A DNA stretch of 64,000 nt from Cirrosporium novae-zelandiae (taxonomy: Eukaryota), in contig JAPETS010000018.1 in assembly GCA_026023565.1 (NCBI GenBank), positions 310,001 to 374,000 on the forward strand. The letters run 5' to 3'. A model generated the notes under the pieces. It searched no databases and was not told the origin of the DNA. It saw nothing but the letters and a program-made list of their open reading frames with translations. The position numbers were made by a program, and so were the translations under genes. Of this stretch, positions 48,372 to 62,534 are shown in pieces (the stretch's first letter is position 1; every line of letters starts with the position of its first letter).

Positions 48372-50190
48372 TCATACTATCGCATCCGTACTCGCATCCG
48401 CAGTTCTTTTCCTATCACCCTCACTCCTCTCCTCCGCAACTCTCACCACCTCCTCGTTCCCATTTTCATCTTCGTCCACAACAACCTCCCTTTCTCTCAT
48501 AATCCTTTCCCTCCTTCTTTCAACCCACCTCAAAAACGCCCCCCACCCCGCCCACCCAGCTAATCCCACAATAATAAACCCCCCGCAAATTCCCGCGCCA
48601 ATCAAATCATATGCATCACCCGCGTTCTGGACGCCCTTCCAGCCTCCCATATTGTCTGGGACCTCGCCATTCGGAAATTTTAGGTTCAGGATTAGTTGAA
48701 GGAGTTGCAAAGTGCCGACAGTGATTGCGACGAGAACAGTTAGAACGGTTAAGATTGTAGTCGTGTAGAGGAAGAGGAGAGGATTGGTGGGGGAGAGGGC
48801 AGTGTGGTTTAAGCCTTTGGAGGTGGAGGTGTAGAGGGATAGCATTAGGGCTGCGTCAAGGGTGTCAAGGAGACACATTCCGGCTGTTAGAGGTGTTAGT
48901 TGTGGTTTTCTTGGGAGAGACGTGAGTGGCTAATAATGATGATTCATTTTATTGTCCGCATGTCACCTTCAGGTTATGGCGGACATATGGGTGGGATAGG
49001 GAGGGGACAGATTATAATGATGTGGATGAGGAATGAGATGAAATGAGAAGGAGGTCATCCCTGTGAAAAGAACAGGAAATATCATAATCAGCCAGATATT
49101 CGTTCCTCGTGTTGCTTCGATACTCGAGATTCCTAGCAATGCGATTTCACTGCTGGTGTCAAATCCTAATCCGAAGAGCACACCTAGTGGATACATCTTC
49201 CAGGGTCGATCCACAACACGAAAAGCCCATCGAAGCAGCGCGAACATGCATCCGTGGCCCTCGATTTTAAATGATTTACCTTCAGTGTCGTCGTCTTCCG
49301 AGGCGGGGTCGGTGTCGATGACGTGACGGAGGTGCTGGATCAGTTTGTATAGGATGTAGCCGTTCATGATGCCAAGGAGAAGGAGAAAGGCGGCGGAGAC
49401 GGAGGTGCCGATGATACCACCAACCCGGGAGAAGGAGTCGAAACGGGAGGAGATTCCTGCGGCGGTGGCGGCAACTATAATGGAGGTTATGATTACGATG
49501 CTAGGGGAGGGGTCAGTCATGGTGCGTGTGGGGGAGGGGGAAGGGTACAAACGTTGAATGACCGAGAGAAAAGAAGGTTCCGACTGTTACGGGACGCTGG
49601 CCTGTTGCTATTAGGCGGCGGGTCATTAGGTCAATTGCCTGTTTCTTGTGGTTAGTTTAATGGGGATTGAGGACAAGAGGTGGTAAAATGGAATGGGACT
49701 AGGATCGAGAGGCGAGACGTACCGATATATGATCAGCGTCCAAGGCATGACGAAGACCTAGGGACCAGGCAAGTGCAGCGGTTGGGAGGAGGGAACTATC
49801 TTCATTTTAATAGAGATCATTTAAATACTTTCAATACAGATCTAGTGGTGTATTGCTTGATGTAGTAGAAGAGAAAATTGTATAGAGATAAAACATACGC
49901 ACCCATGAAATTTCTATAGCAACCCCCAAAACATGATCCATCAGTTATTTTTCTCAACCGAGTTTCCGCCTTATCTCAAAAATGTCTCCCTTGAATGGGT
50001 GACTTCAGCTGAATCCGATACTCACCAAGACAACTGCGACTACAGCCCAAATGCCCGCGTTAACCAACAGTAAAGCTACAATAATCGCAATCGCTGCGAG
50101 AGGGATGTGCTTAAGTATAGGAACCCGAACATGGTAGTCTAAGCATTTTTGCTTGAGGCGATGAAAATGGAGGAAGTTGGGGCGAGCCAT
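48372..50190 (-). CDS. nic1: High-affinity nickel transporter (NiCoT family), multi-exon
   Basis: Signature LRHALDADHI (near 49722-49755), FFSLGHS and MYPLGVLFGLGFDTSSEI, plus MCLLDTLDAALM. Confidence 0.92.
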
Positions 50191-51154
50191 TGAGTTCGTG
50201 GAAGAGAAGAAGACGGTGATTGAGGACTTGATCAATTGAGAGAAAGAGATGCCGAGGGGGGGGGGGGGGAGATGAAAAACAGGAAGAGAATAAATGTATA
50301 CAGCGAATAAATGTATTGGTGATGTTGATTTCAATGGGGGGGCCCGACGGCTTGCGGGTGAGCGGCGGGGGTTTGTGAAATAACATTTATCTCTTATCGC
50401 AAAGTGCGGGGCTGGAATAAGGCGGAATGAGCGCTTTACTGTGGTAGTTGGCATAGAAGGCCCTTGGATAATGGATTGTTTATTATGCTGAGGGCGCATG
50501 CCTGCTATTCATATCCCATTGAGCATGACTGTCTATGCATAGCAACCTGGTTCGATGTAACTATGGTATAGCCTACTTGAGTTATATAATGATTTCTATG
50601 ACTGCTTTGGCTGGGAGTGTAGTTGAGATGATATGGGAGAGTGGAGATGTAAATCTTGTGATAGGTGGCATTGTTTTTGCAGTTTCTTTGTTTGATTATG
50701 CTCTGCGATATCGCCGTCCTCCTAGTCCTTCTTATCACCCTTGTCGGATATTTCCTCCAGGAGTTCCTATTTTTCGCATCTTCAAGATTCAAAGTCTTAT
50801 TCCATTTCTTGCTCCCAACGGTCCGCCTGCATATTGCTGTTCGGACATCTTCTCAATCGCTACTGCCAACCCAGCCAACATCGCGATAAAAAGTTGATTG
50901 GCAGGTGTTGACAAAAATAATTTGGCTGCAAATTATGAGCTTCTTTTGGGGTACTCACGTAGAATAACGAGATCTATCTGTGGTTGAGTTAGTAATTTGA
51001 ACTGGTAGAATTTCAAGTCGTGGATGTCTAAAAGGGAATGAAAGAACAAAATTGGGTTGCGTGGTTGGGTAGTGAGATTCTGTGATCACAATAGAGTCTT
51101 TGTGCTTGAAGGGCTCGTTATGTATACAGTTACGTCTCTTATTTTCAACAAGAA

Positions 51155-51226
51155 AGCATGGTGGCGCAGGGGAAGCGCGCGGGGCTCATAACCCTGAGGA
51201 CCCAAGATCGAAACTTGGTCATGCTA
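51155..51226 (+). tRNA. Initiator tRNA-Met (CAT)
   Basis: Cloverleaf with A1-U72 pair, anticodon CAT and three G-C pairs in the anticodon stem. T-loop ATCGAAA (A54); oligo-T terminator downstream. Confidence 0.95.
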
Positions 51227-51997
51227 CAATCTTTCTTTTTTTGTTTTTCTCTTCTCTGTTTTTTACTTTCTGTAGGTTCGCCTATCGATGTGTGGAAAGC
51301 TTACCGAGTTTTTTTCACGTGGTCTCATTCAATTTGTGGGTCATGTGCCGGAACCCTTGGTTTAGACTCCGATGGGATAAAGCTCGAAATTATTGTAAGA
51401 CGAATCTTCGAAGGATTTTATTGCCAGTAAATTCTCGATATATCTACGTTTTGTTAATATCAAATGCAATCAGAAGAATAAATTTGAAAACGTCAGTCGA
51501 GCAAGAAAGGTCCTGATGCGTACCAATCGAAAAAGTTTGTCGCGATTGACCCAAAGGGACCTAAGCGTTGTTAGCGATAAACTAAAAATCGGAGGACAAG
51601 ATGGAATAATATTAGTGAGGCGAAAGCCATGACGGCATACCAAATGTTCATGAAAGGTTGGCGATTCAGGTCCTGGAATATATCAGTATGCCATATAAAG
51701 GTAAGGAAAACTGTGAACGCTATATATAAGTAACGAGTCCCCATACCGCTTTATGAGGTGTAGTATGGTTTTCCCATATCGAACCTATGAATATTAGCAA
51801 ATGATCAGTCCTAGGAAATGTAAATATTATGATATTAAAGAGTATTGCATACCTCCCAAGGCTGCCAGAGCTAGTTAGGTATATGTTCTGGAGTTAGGGT
51901 TAGCACTGAGGCGAGGTTTAAATAAAACGTATGGAAGAATAGAATCCTACCATAATGGAGGTCCTTCAAGGCTCCTTTGAATACTAGGCAGTTACAC

Positions 51998-52834
51998 CTA
52001 CCACCCAACGAGGATGTTCCATTCGTTTTTGGTAATTGGTGTGACCTCGCTGGCGGTGTTTGGAGTCTTCGGTGCTTGTCTGTACCTAGGGAATTGTTTC
52101 CGAGGCTCAGGCTTTGGACTAGTAGAGTCTTTGCTCAAGGCAATTCCTGTTATTCTAAATTTCTTCTCATAAGCCTCCTTGATGTGTAAAACAACATTAT
52201 CATCTACCTCAAGATGATCATATGCACGCTTGATATAGCCTAGTGATAATGGTCGACCCCCATATGTTGTAGAAATACGGTAGAGGAGGTGGATGCAAGT
52301 GTCGATATAGGCTTCATAGGAAAGGGGAATCTCAGAGAATGATAAGGCGCTGAGGCGACGTTTCAGTGAATAAATGTTGTCAACATCAAGGATGGCAAGG
52401 CCCTCGCCGCTAAATAATATTTCATTCTGGATGATGGACCGCCTTATGAGGTAGGAATTCTGGATAGTATGGTCCCCGTCGATGCCACCTTTAATACACT
52501 CAAGCCAGCGAGGGCTTACAAAGTATTTCCGCTCTGCTTTCCTCCATATTTTGGAGATGAGGTTATACGTCCGTAGGTCCAAGGGAGTTATTGGGATTAT
52601 TGACATGTCTGCACCACCGAGGCCTGATGGAGAGGTGATTCCGACATCAATGATAAATGTAATATGGAGTTGTTTGGCTTGCAGCTTTCGGGATAAATAC
52701 TCGAGAGCAGGTATAGTAGACGTAGAGAGTGGTCCTTCCATGAGATCAGACAGACGACGAAGAGGGTAGGATATGGAGTCTTTGTTGATGCGGCCAAAGC
52801 CCCGGCTGGAGATGGGACATATTGGAGAGATCAT
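51998..52834 (-). CDS. Hypothetical fungal protein
   Basis: 278-aa ORF with globular, protein-like composition (LIRRSIIQNEILFSGEGL; PKTPNTASEVTPITKNEW). No function recognised; start codon uncertain. Confidence 0.7.
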   Translation of the reverse strand: MISPICPISSRGFGRINKDSISYPLRRLSDLMEGPLSTSTIPALEYLSRKLQAKQLHITFIIDVGITSPSGLGGADMSIIPITPLDLRTYNLISKIWRKAERKYFVSPRWLECIKGGIDGDHTIQNSYLIRRSIIQNEILFSGEGLAILDVDNIYSLKRRLSALSFSEIPLSYEAYIDTCIHLLYRISTTYGGRPLSLGYIKRAYDHLEVDDNVVLHIKEAYEKKFRITGIALSKDSTSPKPEPRKQFPRYRQAPKTPNTASEVTPITKNEWNILVGW

Positions 52835-53917
52835 TGTAATTCAGTTGAGTGGAGGAGAGGAGATGTAAGAGAGAGGATCTTTTAGAATGAACGAAAGGAA
52901 TATGAATATCCCCAAAAGTTCTCCAAGAAATTGAATCCGAGCTGAATGGTAATACAGCGATTTCAGAAAGAGATATAGATTTCAAGACTGTAAAATCTAA
53001 TTAGGGAATGTGGAGATATCAACACGATACTTTCTACCATAACAAAACAATCAACGCGAGTTCCAACCCATGCTTACTTTAGTAACAGTAAAGGTACGGC
53101 ATAGAGCATTGCATATGCAGTCAAATCTCATCGAGGTTGACATATCTGCATAAGGCTAGGCAAGTACCCCAAGTCTACAAAGCGGGGACCTCGGAGCCAT
53201 TTTTAGAGAAGCGTGCTTTGATAATTGTCTGGATACCCAAGATCCACAACAATGGATAAAGAAAAGGAATATTATTTGATTGGCTATGGTAAGGAGATAA
53301 GGTGAGATATTTGACAAGTTTGTTACTTTGTATCATGCGGGGAGAGAGCATCGAGGCCCGAAGTGGGGGATTGGAAATATAAAAATAGGAAATTTTGGGA
53401 TGGCGTGACTAGCTAAGATCAATGAGGAATAGTCACCCATAACTTTAACTCTAGAAATAGCTCAGAGAGCACCAACACGTCTTTCCAGGTTTTGTCCAGC
53501 AGTTAATAGTATCAAACGGCCCCAACTTGAAACTCATTTTCTGCACCCTGCATTATGCCTTAGTGTGATGGTTTGGCTTATCACAAAAACACAGGCGCTT
53601 AGGATCCAAAAATATCATCATTCACCTTTCCATAAGTCTACTCTAGAATCAACTCGACTTCCTCCTTGGGCCTTGGTTCATTGTCTAAGAGCAATTGATT
53701 TGAGAGCCAAATACTCTTAATTGAAAACTTTTGTACGGTACAGTACAGCGTAATAAACTAATTAAATACATAATATTGCCCAAGTTTCGGAGCTATTAAC
53801 GAAACCATAGATAGTTATGCCTCCTATTTGAAAAATCCCCCCAACCTAATTGAATGTATACCCAGATTCAATGTTCCGCCCAAACGCCTGATGATGCCCA
53901 GAAATATCAAAAGCACC

Positions 53918-55780
53918 CTACCTCCTGCGGCGTCGCCTCCGAAGTTCCCAATCACCAGACCATCCATAAAGTTCATCCTCTTCCTCAAAATCCTCTTTCT
54001 CTAGAGAGTCATCCTGAGAGGACTCCTGTATATTCTGTACAGTCTCTTCGGCTTCCTTCTGTTGAGCTTCAGGATTGTGATCAGCCTTGAAGCTTGATGG
54101 GCTCAGCCCAGTCTCAACCTCACTGCTGCTTAGTAAGAACTTCCCGAAATAGTTGATTGCACTCAGAATCTCGTCTCCGGTTGGGACAATGCTTTCCTTA
54201 GGTACCAGAAAGCCATAGCTACCCGTGTCACGAAGCTTGATTTGGTATGAATACTTTACTCCAAGTTCATGATAGAACCAATCCAAGGCACTGCCCCCGG
54301 CAGCTTCCATTCTAATGGTTTCATTCTCGACGCTTCCATCGACAGCCACTCCACCTTCACAAGCCGATGACACTCCATAGATTTCTCCGTGGGTCAATCG
54401 AATTGACTTTGCCAAACCCATGGCAAGTTCTTCCAAGTTCTCTAGAGAAGGAGGGGTGATGACGCAGGTGTATGAATAGGGATAAAGGATTTGCTGAGAG
54501 TAAGAGTGTAGATCGATAAATCCGACGAATTCAACATTGTTGTCTTTTGTTTCATTCCGAGCCCAATCCGCAAAACTCTGGGCCTCGACGGCTTCAAAAG
54601 GTTCATCTCCAGCATAACTCTCTGAGCAGGGATTGCTTCTGGTCTTTTCACCATCCCATTGGAATCCCCAAGCCCGTTCAAGATCAATGCCACGACAAAA
54701 GCGGATTGAGGTTTCTTGCCTATTCTTCCGCCAAAGCCTATCAACCTCCCACGTATAAATGTATCCATCGGGGTTCAACGTCGGTATAAATACCCAGTCG
54801 AATTCTTCAAGAAGTTTAGTAACGCTATAGGATTTCCCATACCAGGTAATCAACGAATAGGCAACATAATTCACTGTAGAGGTACTAATCCACTCACGAG
54901 CATGGGATCCTCCGGAAATGATGATAGTCTTCCTTGGACCAGAAGGTCGCTCTGAATTAGTAGGATGCACTCCCACACGAATAGCTGGTATATTTCGTCC
55001 TTCGGCCGTCGTACCCACACTGATCAAGCGGACATGAGATTTAAATAGATCACCAAGCAAGCGCATCCAATGTACAATTGTATTTAAAGGTTGATAATCG
55101 TCAAAGAATGGGTTCGATTTGCTCTCGTGCGAAGTTCGAAGGGTTAGCGAAAATGGGTTGTAGCTGGAATCACGTCGACCGGATGGGTCCACTTGGTATA
55201 TACTTTTGGCCAAATCATCGATTAATGGCGTAGGAGCATGCTCGAGAGATTTAGGAAGTAGCCCCAGAAGTGATGGGACCTAAACGAACAGCGAGAAAAT
55301 AAGTCTGATGGTTGGCATAGAACTTGATGGAGGATATCTTACAACGTCCTTAGCTAGTCGAATATCAACCCATTCATGAGTAAATTCCCAAACATCAAGA
55401 AAAAGAACATTAACGGCTTCTGAAAGTGCCTTTGCCTCTTCGACATTGCGGATTTTGAACCGTAGAACAACATCATTTCCATAACGAGCGACGTACTTGG
55501 ATGGTGGAAATTGAGAGTTTCCTGATTGGTCGCCTACAGCCTTTCGCTGACTCTCTGGCACCGTCCAGATGGATTGTATGATATTATTGCAAATCTTTGA
55601 CCATAAACTGGTACTTGTATCGATTGATACTGGAGGAGGGAACGCTGGTGATTGAGGTGGGGTTGTGAGAGGTTGAATGCGTACTTGATTAAACGGACTT
55701 GCAGAAGCCAGCTCCTGGATTGGAAGCACAGAGATAAGAATGATCATGCATATTCCACGGAAGAGATTCGAGAGGGGCAT
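53918..55780 (-). CDS. ECM14: Inactive M14 zinc metallocarboxypeptidase Ecm14, 2 exons
   Basis: Signal peptide and prodomain; Zn motifs HAREWI and DLHSYSQ; RLWRKNR. The catalytic Glu position is Lys (YQIKLRD), as in Ecm14. Intron about 55342-55280. Confidence 0.92.
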
Positions 55781-57062
55781 TTTGCGGTCTTGATCTATTA
55801 ATTATCAACCCTCATCAGACGAGAATGTCAACAAAGTCAGTCGTCTAGGCGTTGATGAAAGATGTTGGTTAATACATTTAGCAGCAGCGAAAGATATGAT
55901 GGCAAAGAGGGTACGAAAGTGGTTGCCTGGCGTGTCATGGATGTTGTAATTTCGATAGGTAATTATTACATTATTGTACAAGTACTTTTTGTGCAGCAGA
56001 ATAAAAAGGTCCTGATCAGAAGCAAAAACAAAACTTTGATTGCGAAAGGGCTGAGGGGGAGGTGTGGAGGCCGGAGGAAGCCATGATGGTTAAAAGAAGC
56101 CTGAGGGAGAGCCGGAGGGAAAGCCCCTCGTTGCGCCTCTTTGCGCCCCCTCGGGATGGTTAAAACTGATCCGTGTCACCGTGGACCAGTTGGTACCAAC
56201 CACTTCAGCTAAACCGGTTAGACTATCCAAACCAGTTATTTGGGATTCAAATTAGAAGAAACACTAGAAGGTAACAATGCTTTTTAGTTTGATGGCTCTT
56301 AGCTGTCTTGGGTAGTTAAATGGACTAAATGTATTCAAGTCAACAGTCCATTAGGGGACTTGATAGCATTTCATAGGAGAGAGAAGTCGTTCATAGAATG
56401 GTAGGGGTAATTCTACCATTCGCTGATTGGGTAGCCACACCAATGCCACAGCCTCTTTTGGGGAAGTGTGTTGGGCTGTTGGCGTGGTTGGGTCTACATC
56501 TTATTGTGGTTCTGTTCATACTGCCAGTCATTGTCACTACACTTAACAGCTCCTAACTAAAGCAACGAAGAACTTCTATTCTCGAAAGAAAGGAAAAAAA
56601 AAAAAAACCAAAAAAAGTCCCCAAAGTACCCCAGTCTGCGTCAGCTTTCTCCACAAATCCCTCACAGACCTCACAGGCTCAACGGGTTACTCAAACTTCA
56701 AATCTTTCAACACAATTACTTTGACCGTTATGTATAAACTACTTTGAAGTCTCGAATTGGAATCCTTCTCATTCTTCTCGGTCGCTATTCGCTGTTGCTT
56801 GAAGTCTAGGTCTGTCCACCTCGCACCACTGGCATCCGCAACAACCGCTGCGACATCCCCCGGAAACATAATAAGTACATACATACATACATAGAAATAA
56901 TTCGGCCCCATTAAACAATCCCTATCATCAAAGTCCTACGAGTCCTCCTAAATTCTGACACAACCTCTAACCTCCTCACTCATCCTCACTCAATCTCTCT
57001 CAATCCTTTTTTGCCTCCCTCACCCTTCTCTCATGATACCTCCACGCCGGCAATAATGAGCC

Positions 57063-60000
57063 ATGCCCTGGAAGGGTCTTTATGCAAGTCAATCAGCAAG
57101 CGATGTCGAACTCCGCAGGCGCAGCACGATGGATGTTGTTCGTGCCAGCAAACTCTTTCCAGCGATAGATGAAGCCCAATCATCCGATCCGCCTGCCATT
57201 CCTCGTCACCTGGAACGATCTATCACCTCTGCAGCCATGGACAATAGAACCAGAAACGGAAATGGAAATGAATATGGAATTGATAATAATGATCGTGTCC
57301 TACCGTCCTTGGATACCCAGCAACAGTTGCCAAATCAGAAGAGATTCAGTCTGTTAAAATTCAAACATGCGTCGGATCCTCAGTTGTCTGCATCCTATAA
57401 TCGCGACGAAACGCCTCCACCGCTTCCAAGTGAGTTGTTTTGAAATACATATTTTCCCGATTAAGACGTTAGACCTGGTTTGCTGATTTGATGTTTGCTC
57501 TTCTTGCAGCGCCTGCTATTATTACCACATCCCCAACATCGGATTCGCTCGACCGTCCCGTTAAAAAGAAACAAAAACATAAGCTTCTTGCGCGTTCCAA
57601 GGGTGTACCTGAAAGGGATCCAGCTATACGGAATACTTTCAATCGATCATTGAGCAAAAGAAGTTCTATCTTTGGAACATTACATCGAAACTTTGCAGAG
57701 GAACACAGCATGAGCACCCCAAATGTGAGGCAGTCTTCTCATATAACATTCGATGCGCCCAATGAACCCGGAAGACTTTCGACAGCGTCTGCTCGAGGCG
57801 CCCCTCCCGCATATGGGGATGAGTCCAATTCAGCATTAGCAGTTCCAATTTCTCGACTTTCAGAGTCGTCTCGCTCAGACAGAAGCTCCAGCGATCAAAT
57901 TGCTTATGCTACTACAACTACAACTCATACGATATCGACGACGACAACCTTTTTTCGCTTGCCTCGGAGAAAGAAGGAGAAATCTCACCTTTTCCCGCTA
58001 CCGCTAAAAACTTCAACCCCGGAGATATCAAATACAACTTCCCAAGGATCGCTAAGCTGTGAGAATTCGGAATCGCACAGACACTCACAAGCTGACTCGT
58101 TTCATATCAATTTTGGAGTCGCTGGATCTCCGAATGGCAGTCAGCTACCCTCTCCGACCCCTTCTGCTCTTGCTGTCACTTCAATTGGGTTTGCAGGACC
58201 AGCTGCTCCGCTCATTAGACAGGGTTCCAAATCCTCTGTTAGGTCAGCTATGTCGTCCTCAAATCTCGCCCCATCATCGAGGTTAAGCAGAACCGGTAGA
58301 TCATCAACGATGGGTTCTGGGATTTGTAATTTGGATGGTGGACATTCCGCCCGCACATCTACCTCCACAACAGGTCGCAAAAGTTTTGGTGACCTTTTCA
58401 GTCTTTCCCATCGCTTCAAGCCGGGATCGGACCCTTCATCTTCACGACATAGTGCAGGCAATATACCTCCTGGAACTCCGGGCTCGACACAGTCAAAACC
58501 AAATTCATTTAGTTTAAATCGCGAACCCGAGCCTATCTCATACCCAGAGAGGGAAGAAGGTGATACGCCTGGAAAGTATCTGGATCGACTTCAGGAAGCT
58601 GTGCCGCGAAGTTTACTTGCTGGTATATTATCGAAATCGGCCGATGAATTTCACCGCAATAGTTTACGAAGCTACATGCGGAAGTTTTCCTTTTTCGGAG
58701 ATCCAATGGACATGTCAATCAGGAAATTATTGATGGAAGTTGAGTTACCTAAAGAGACACAACAAATCGACAGGGTCATTCAAGGTTTCGCCGATAGATA
58801 TCACGAGTGTAATCCCGGGATATTTTCTTCATCAGATCAAGCATATTATATTGCCTTTTCTTTATTAATTCTTCACACTGACGTCTTCAACAAAAACAAC
58901 AAGCGAAAAATGCAAAAGGCAGATTACGTAAAGAATACCGCTCCAGATGGGATCGCAAATGACATTCTCGAATGCTTCTATGATAACATATCATATACAC
59001 CATTCATTCATGTCGATGATGAAGTTGATATCCGAGGTGACCGCCATTCGTCCAAGTCTCGAAAAGGCATATTCAAACCCGGAAACATCAAGGTCGTCAA
59101 TACAGAGCGATTAAGAAGTTCATCTAAAGAGCCCGTAGATCCATATACATTAATCATGGAGAACAAACTTGACGCCCTCCGACCTACATTAAAAGACGTC
59201 ATGACTTTGGAGGATCCTTATAATTACCTTGGAACCGCCGATAGACTTGATATATCCCAGTTACATGCCGCATTCCTCAAATGTGGAGTCTTGCAAATTA
59301 AATCTCAAAGGTCGAGGCCTGATGCATTCGTATCTCAAGCAGGCATATCAAACCCTCTTCAATCTCAGCCGGGTGTCGTAGGACTCAAAATTGCAAAGGT
59401 TGGACTCCTCTGGAGAAAAGACCCAAAGAAGCGGAGAACTAGGTCTCCATGGCAGAAATGGGGTGCTGTTCTTACCGGGCTACAGCTCTACTTCTTTCGT
59501 GACACGAACTGGGTCGAGTCGCTCGTCAGACAATACGAGACTCATTTCAAGTACCAGAATGATCAGGGTCCTGTGATTTTCTCGCCGCAACTAGAAAGCT
59601 TTGTTCCTGATAATCAGACCTCGACCGATGATGCCGTAGCTTTAGTAGATTCCAGCTACAGAAAGCATAAGCATGCTTTTGTAGTTTTCAGACATGGCGG
59701 TTTTGAGGAGACTTTCCTTGCTGACACTGAAGGAGATATGAATGACTGGCTTGCAAAATTAAATTATGCTGCTGCTTTTCGGACTGCCGGTGTTCGTATT
59801 CGAGGATCAGTGGGGCGTGGATATGACAACGATGACCATCCACCCGAATCTACGATGACATCAGTCTCAACGCCCACAGGAGATGTGTCTATACGAACCG
59901 GGAAGATAGACAGTGAACAGGCTCAGGAAATTATGGCCCAGCGACGACAACTGATGAGTGAGAAGATCTACGAAGCGGACGAGAGACTAGAAACTGCGCA

Positions 60001-61498
60001 TAGACAACTGGATCTTCAATTGAGAAATGCCAGGCATCTTCAGGTCCTATCCCCAATCCTACCGAAGACAAGAGAACAAATACTTATGGCAGCTGGACGA
60101 ATGTCTGCCAAATTAAAATGGGTGAGAATGGAGATTTGGCGCCTGAAATGTCACAAGTGCATTTTACAAATGGATCTTAACCAAGAGACCAAAGACATTC
60201 AGAATCACCCGGCTCTTCTGCGAAATTTATCATCCGCTGCTATCTCGGCTACATCTCATCCAAATTCTAGCAGACCAACTCTGGGAAAGATTGATTCCCG
60301 AGCGGATAAATCAATCAAATCATCTAGACATACCTCGATAACATATCCACCTAATATGGACGGAAGTTTGCTGGATGCAAAATCTCCGGATGAAACATCT
60401 TCGGCCGGACCTTCCAGACAACCAAGCCGCCATAGCACTAACAAATCTTGGGATTTACCTACCATGGCATTCAGTCCCCATCAAAGCTTTTCTGGACCTA
60501 TTCCTCCAAGGAGCCCAACCTCTCCTAGACTCGCGCCACAGAAGTCATCACTCAGCCTCCGAAGCAGGTCGGATCAAGCGAGTGTAAGAAACACGTCAAG
60601 GCTTGCAACTCCTAATCAAAACGTTGACCATACCCAAAATGTCGATCAAGATGAACAGAGATTCCTTGAGGAAAACAAATTAATCGATGCGACTGAGGCT
60701 AAACCCATTGCTCAGCGTCCAGACACAGCAGATTCCGACCATGAACGTCTAGTTGTATCACCAGAGCCAGATAATACCGATGGCCGCACTAAAGTCCGTC
60801 GAAGCTTGCATAAGACTCTCAGGGATTCTACCATATCGTCTCACTCGGGACATCATCGAAGTCGAAAAGGAAAAGACTCAGCATCCAGTGCTGGCGTGAC
60901 TGAAGATGCTTCATCAGTAGCAGGAAGTGAAGGCCTTCCTAGGACAGGTCGCAGTTTCACCGTCCATGGGAAGAAAGCATCCGTCGTCAATTTCGGCTCT
61001 GAGTGGCAAAGTATGTCTCCCGAAGAGCGTCTAAAATTACGAAAGCAGGCTCAAGGTGAAGATGGCAGAATGAAATTCACATCTGCTATTGATGATATTA
61101 GTGACGCCGCATCGGCAGACTTTAGCGACAGGCCCCGGCCCACATCGAGGCTTAGCACCAGTACCATGACCACCGCCAGGAGCATGCAACAGCCAGATGA
61201 TTATATTCGAGATAATGGTACTTTAGGTTCTAGGCCAATTTCCCAAGGCCAGCGATCTGCAAGTACTATGACTACGGCAAAAAGTCAACTAGATGATGAT
61301 GATGCCAGCACCATAGGATCTGGGTCTGGAGGCTCCCAGTCAGTGAATGATGAGCATAAATCATCAAATGGAATCGATGCAAGAATTGCTGAAATAACCC
61401 CAGTCGATACATCTATTGATGCCAGACACAGCATCGATATGGAATCGCCAAAGGGGACCACTTATCAACATCATGAAGCAGATCCTACTCCTGCCTAG
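57063..61498 (+). CDS. Sec7 + PH domain ARF guanine-nucleotide exchange factor (Syt1/Sec73-like), 2 exons
   Basis: Sec7 glutamate finger LPKETQQIDR and AFSLLILHTD. PH domain from KVGLLWRK to WLAKLNYAA. Intron 57430-57509. Confidence 0.9.
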
Positions 61499-62447
61499 AT
61501 ACCGTATATTAAACTTTCACGTTTTAGACATCTGAAATGCGCAGAACAAGCATCGAAAGATTTCAGATACAGGTAATTTATTTAGTTCATGGGAATTAGA
61601 GCACCCAGATTCGGCATGGGATGCCATATCATTTTTATCCATTCTACTTTTCATCTTACGAGGGATTGTCTTCAGTTTTTAAGGGAAGGATTGGGGAAAT
61701 AAAAGTCAGCTATGCAGCGTATTTCTTTTTTGTTACTCTTCGGTCACTCGCAAGGACAAATGACAAGGACACATAGGAGGCGTTGTCGTCTATCTATTCA
61801 TTCATATCCCCAGCCGGGATTTTTCTTTTCTCTTTTTGCGATGGGGATTATTCAATGGGATGTGGGCCTGTTTTATTTAGCTAGGTAGCTCCTTCTAGCC
61901 TAGATGTTATTATGTGGCTGACCAATCCAGGGAGGATAAGTAGGTTGGATGGTCTTGGTCCTATGAAGGGTATGGAAAGGAATTGATTTTTTTCTATGCG
62001 AAGCTTGATTTATTTTTGCCTGTCTGTAAATACCTTTATTTAGTAATCATGTCCATGATAGATAATTACCAAGACCGTCTAGAGTTTTGTTAGAAGTAAG
62101 AGTGAAGAGGGTTCACCAGGTTGGCACTTTGCTTAGTATACAATTACTCGTCCATACCATGACGATCAATGTAAGCTTCTATTCCTAAGTTAACGAATGC
62201 CTTACTTGCCTTCCCGGCTGGTCAGATATATATGATGTGTGATTGATTGGCCATCCGGGGAGGCACAAAATATAAATCAAAACGCATAACTTCGGCGATG
62301 GGTAGGTACACAGTTAACGTAATCTCTACCCAGAAGTTCGGCCACACGCCAAAAATCCATTTCCTGTTATCATCAACTTCAACTAACCATGTAACTATTA
62401 TTGATTATAAGAGAGAATTAGAAGAAGAAAAATGAAAAAAAGATATT

Positions 62448-62534
62448 CGCCCGAGGGGGGGATCGAACCCCCAGCCTTCCGGTACAGCTTTCTTCGTAAA
62501 AGCCGGACGCTCTATCCAATTGAGCTACCCGGGC
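62448..62534 (-). tRNA. tRNA-Lys (TTT) with 13-nt intron
   Basis: GCCCGGG acceptor stem; TCCGG-CT-TTT-A[CGAAGAAAGCTGT]A-CCGGA anticodon arm; TTCGATC T-loop; T-run terminator. Confidence 0.93.

Noticed and set aside
50505..50897. Overlapping 74-120 aa ORFs between the NiCoT gene and tRNA-iMet
   Set aside because: No recognisable motif or splice support on either strand.
53918..55780. Missing catalytic Glu in the carboxypeptidase
   Set aside because: Known property of Ecm14 orthologues, so not novel.
56614..56630. AAAGTCCCC resembling the RNase MRP P4 5' strand
   Set aside because: No complementary GGGGCT 3' P4 strand found downstream.
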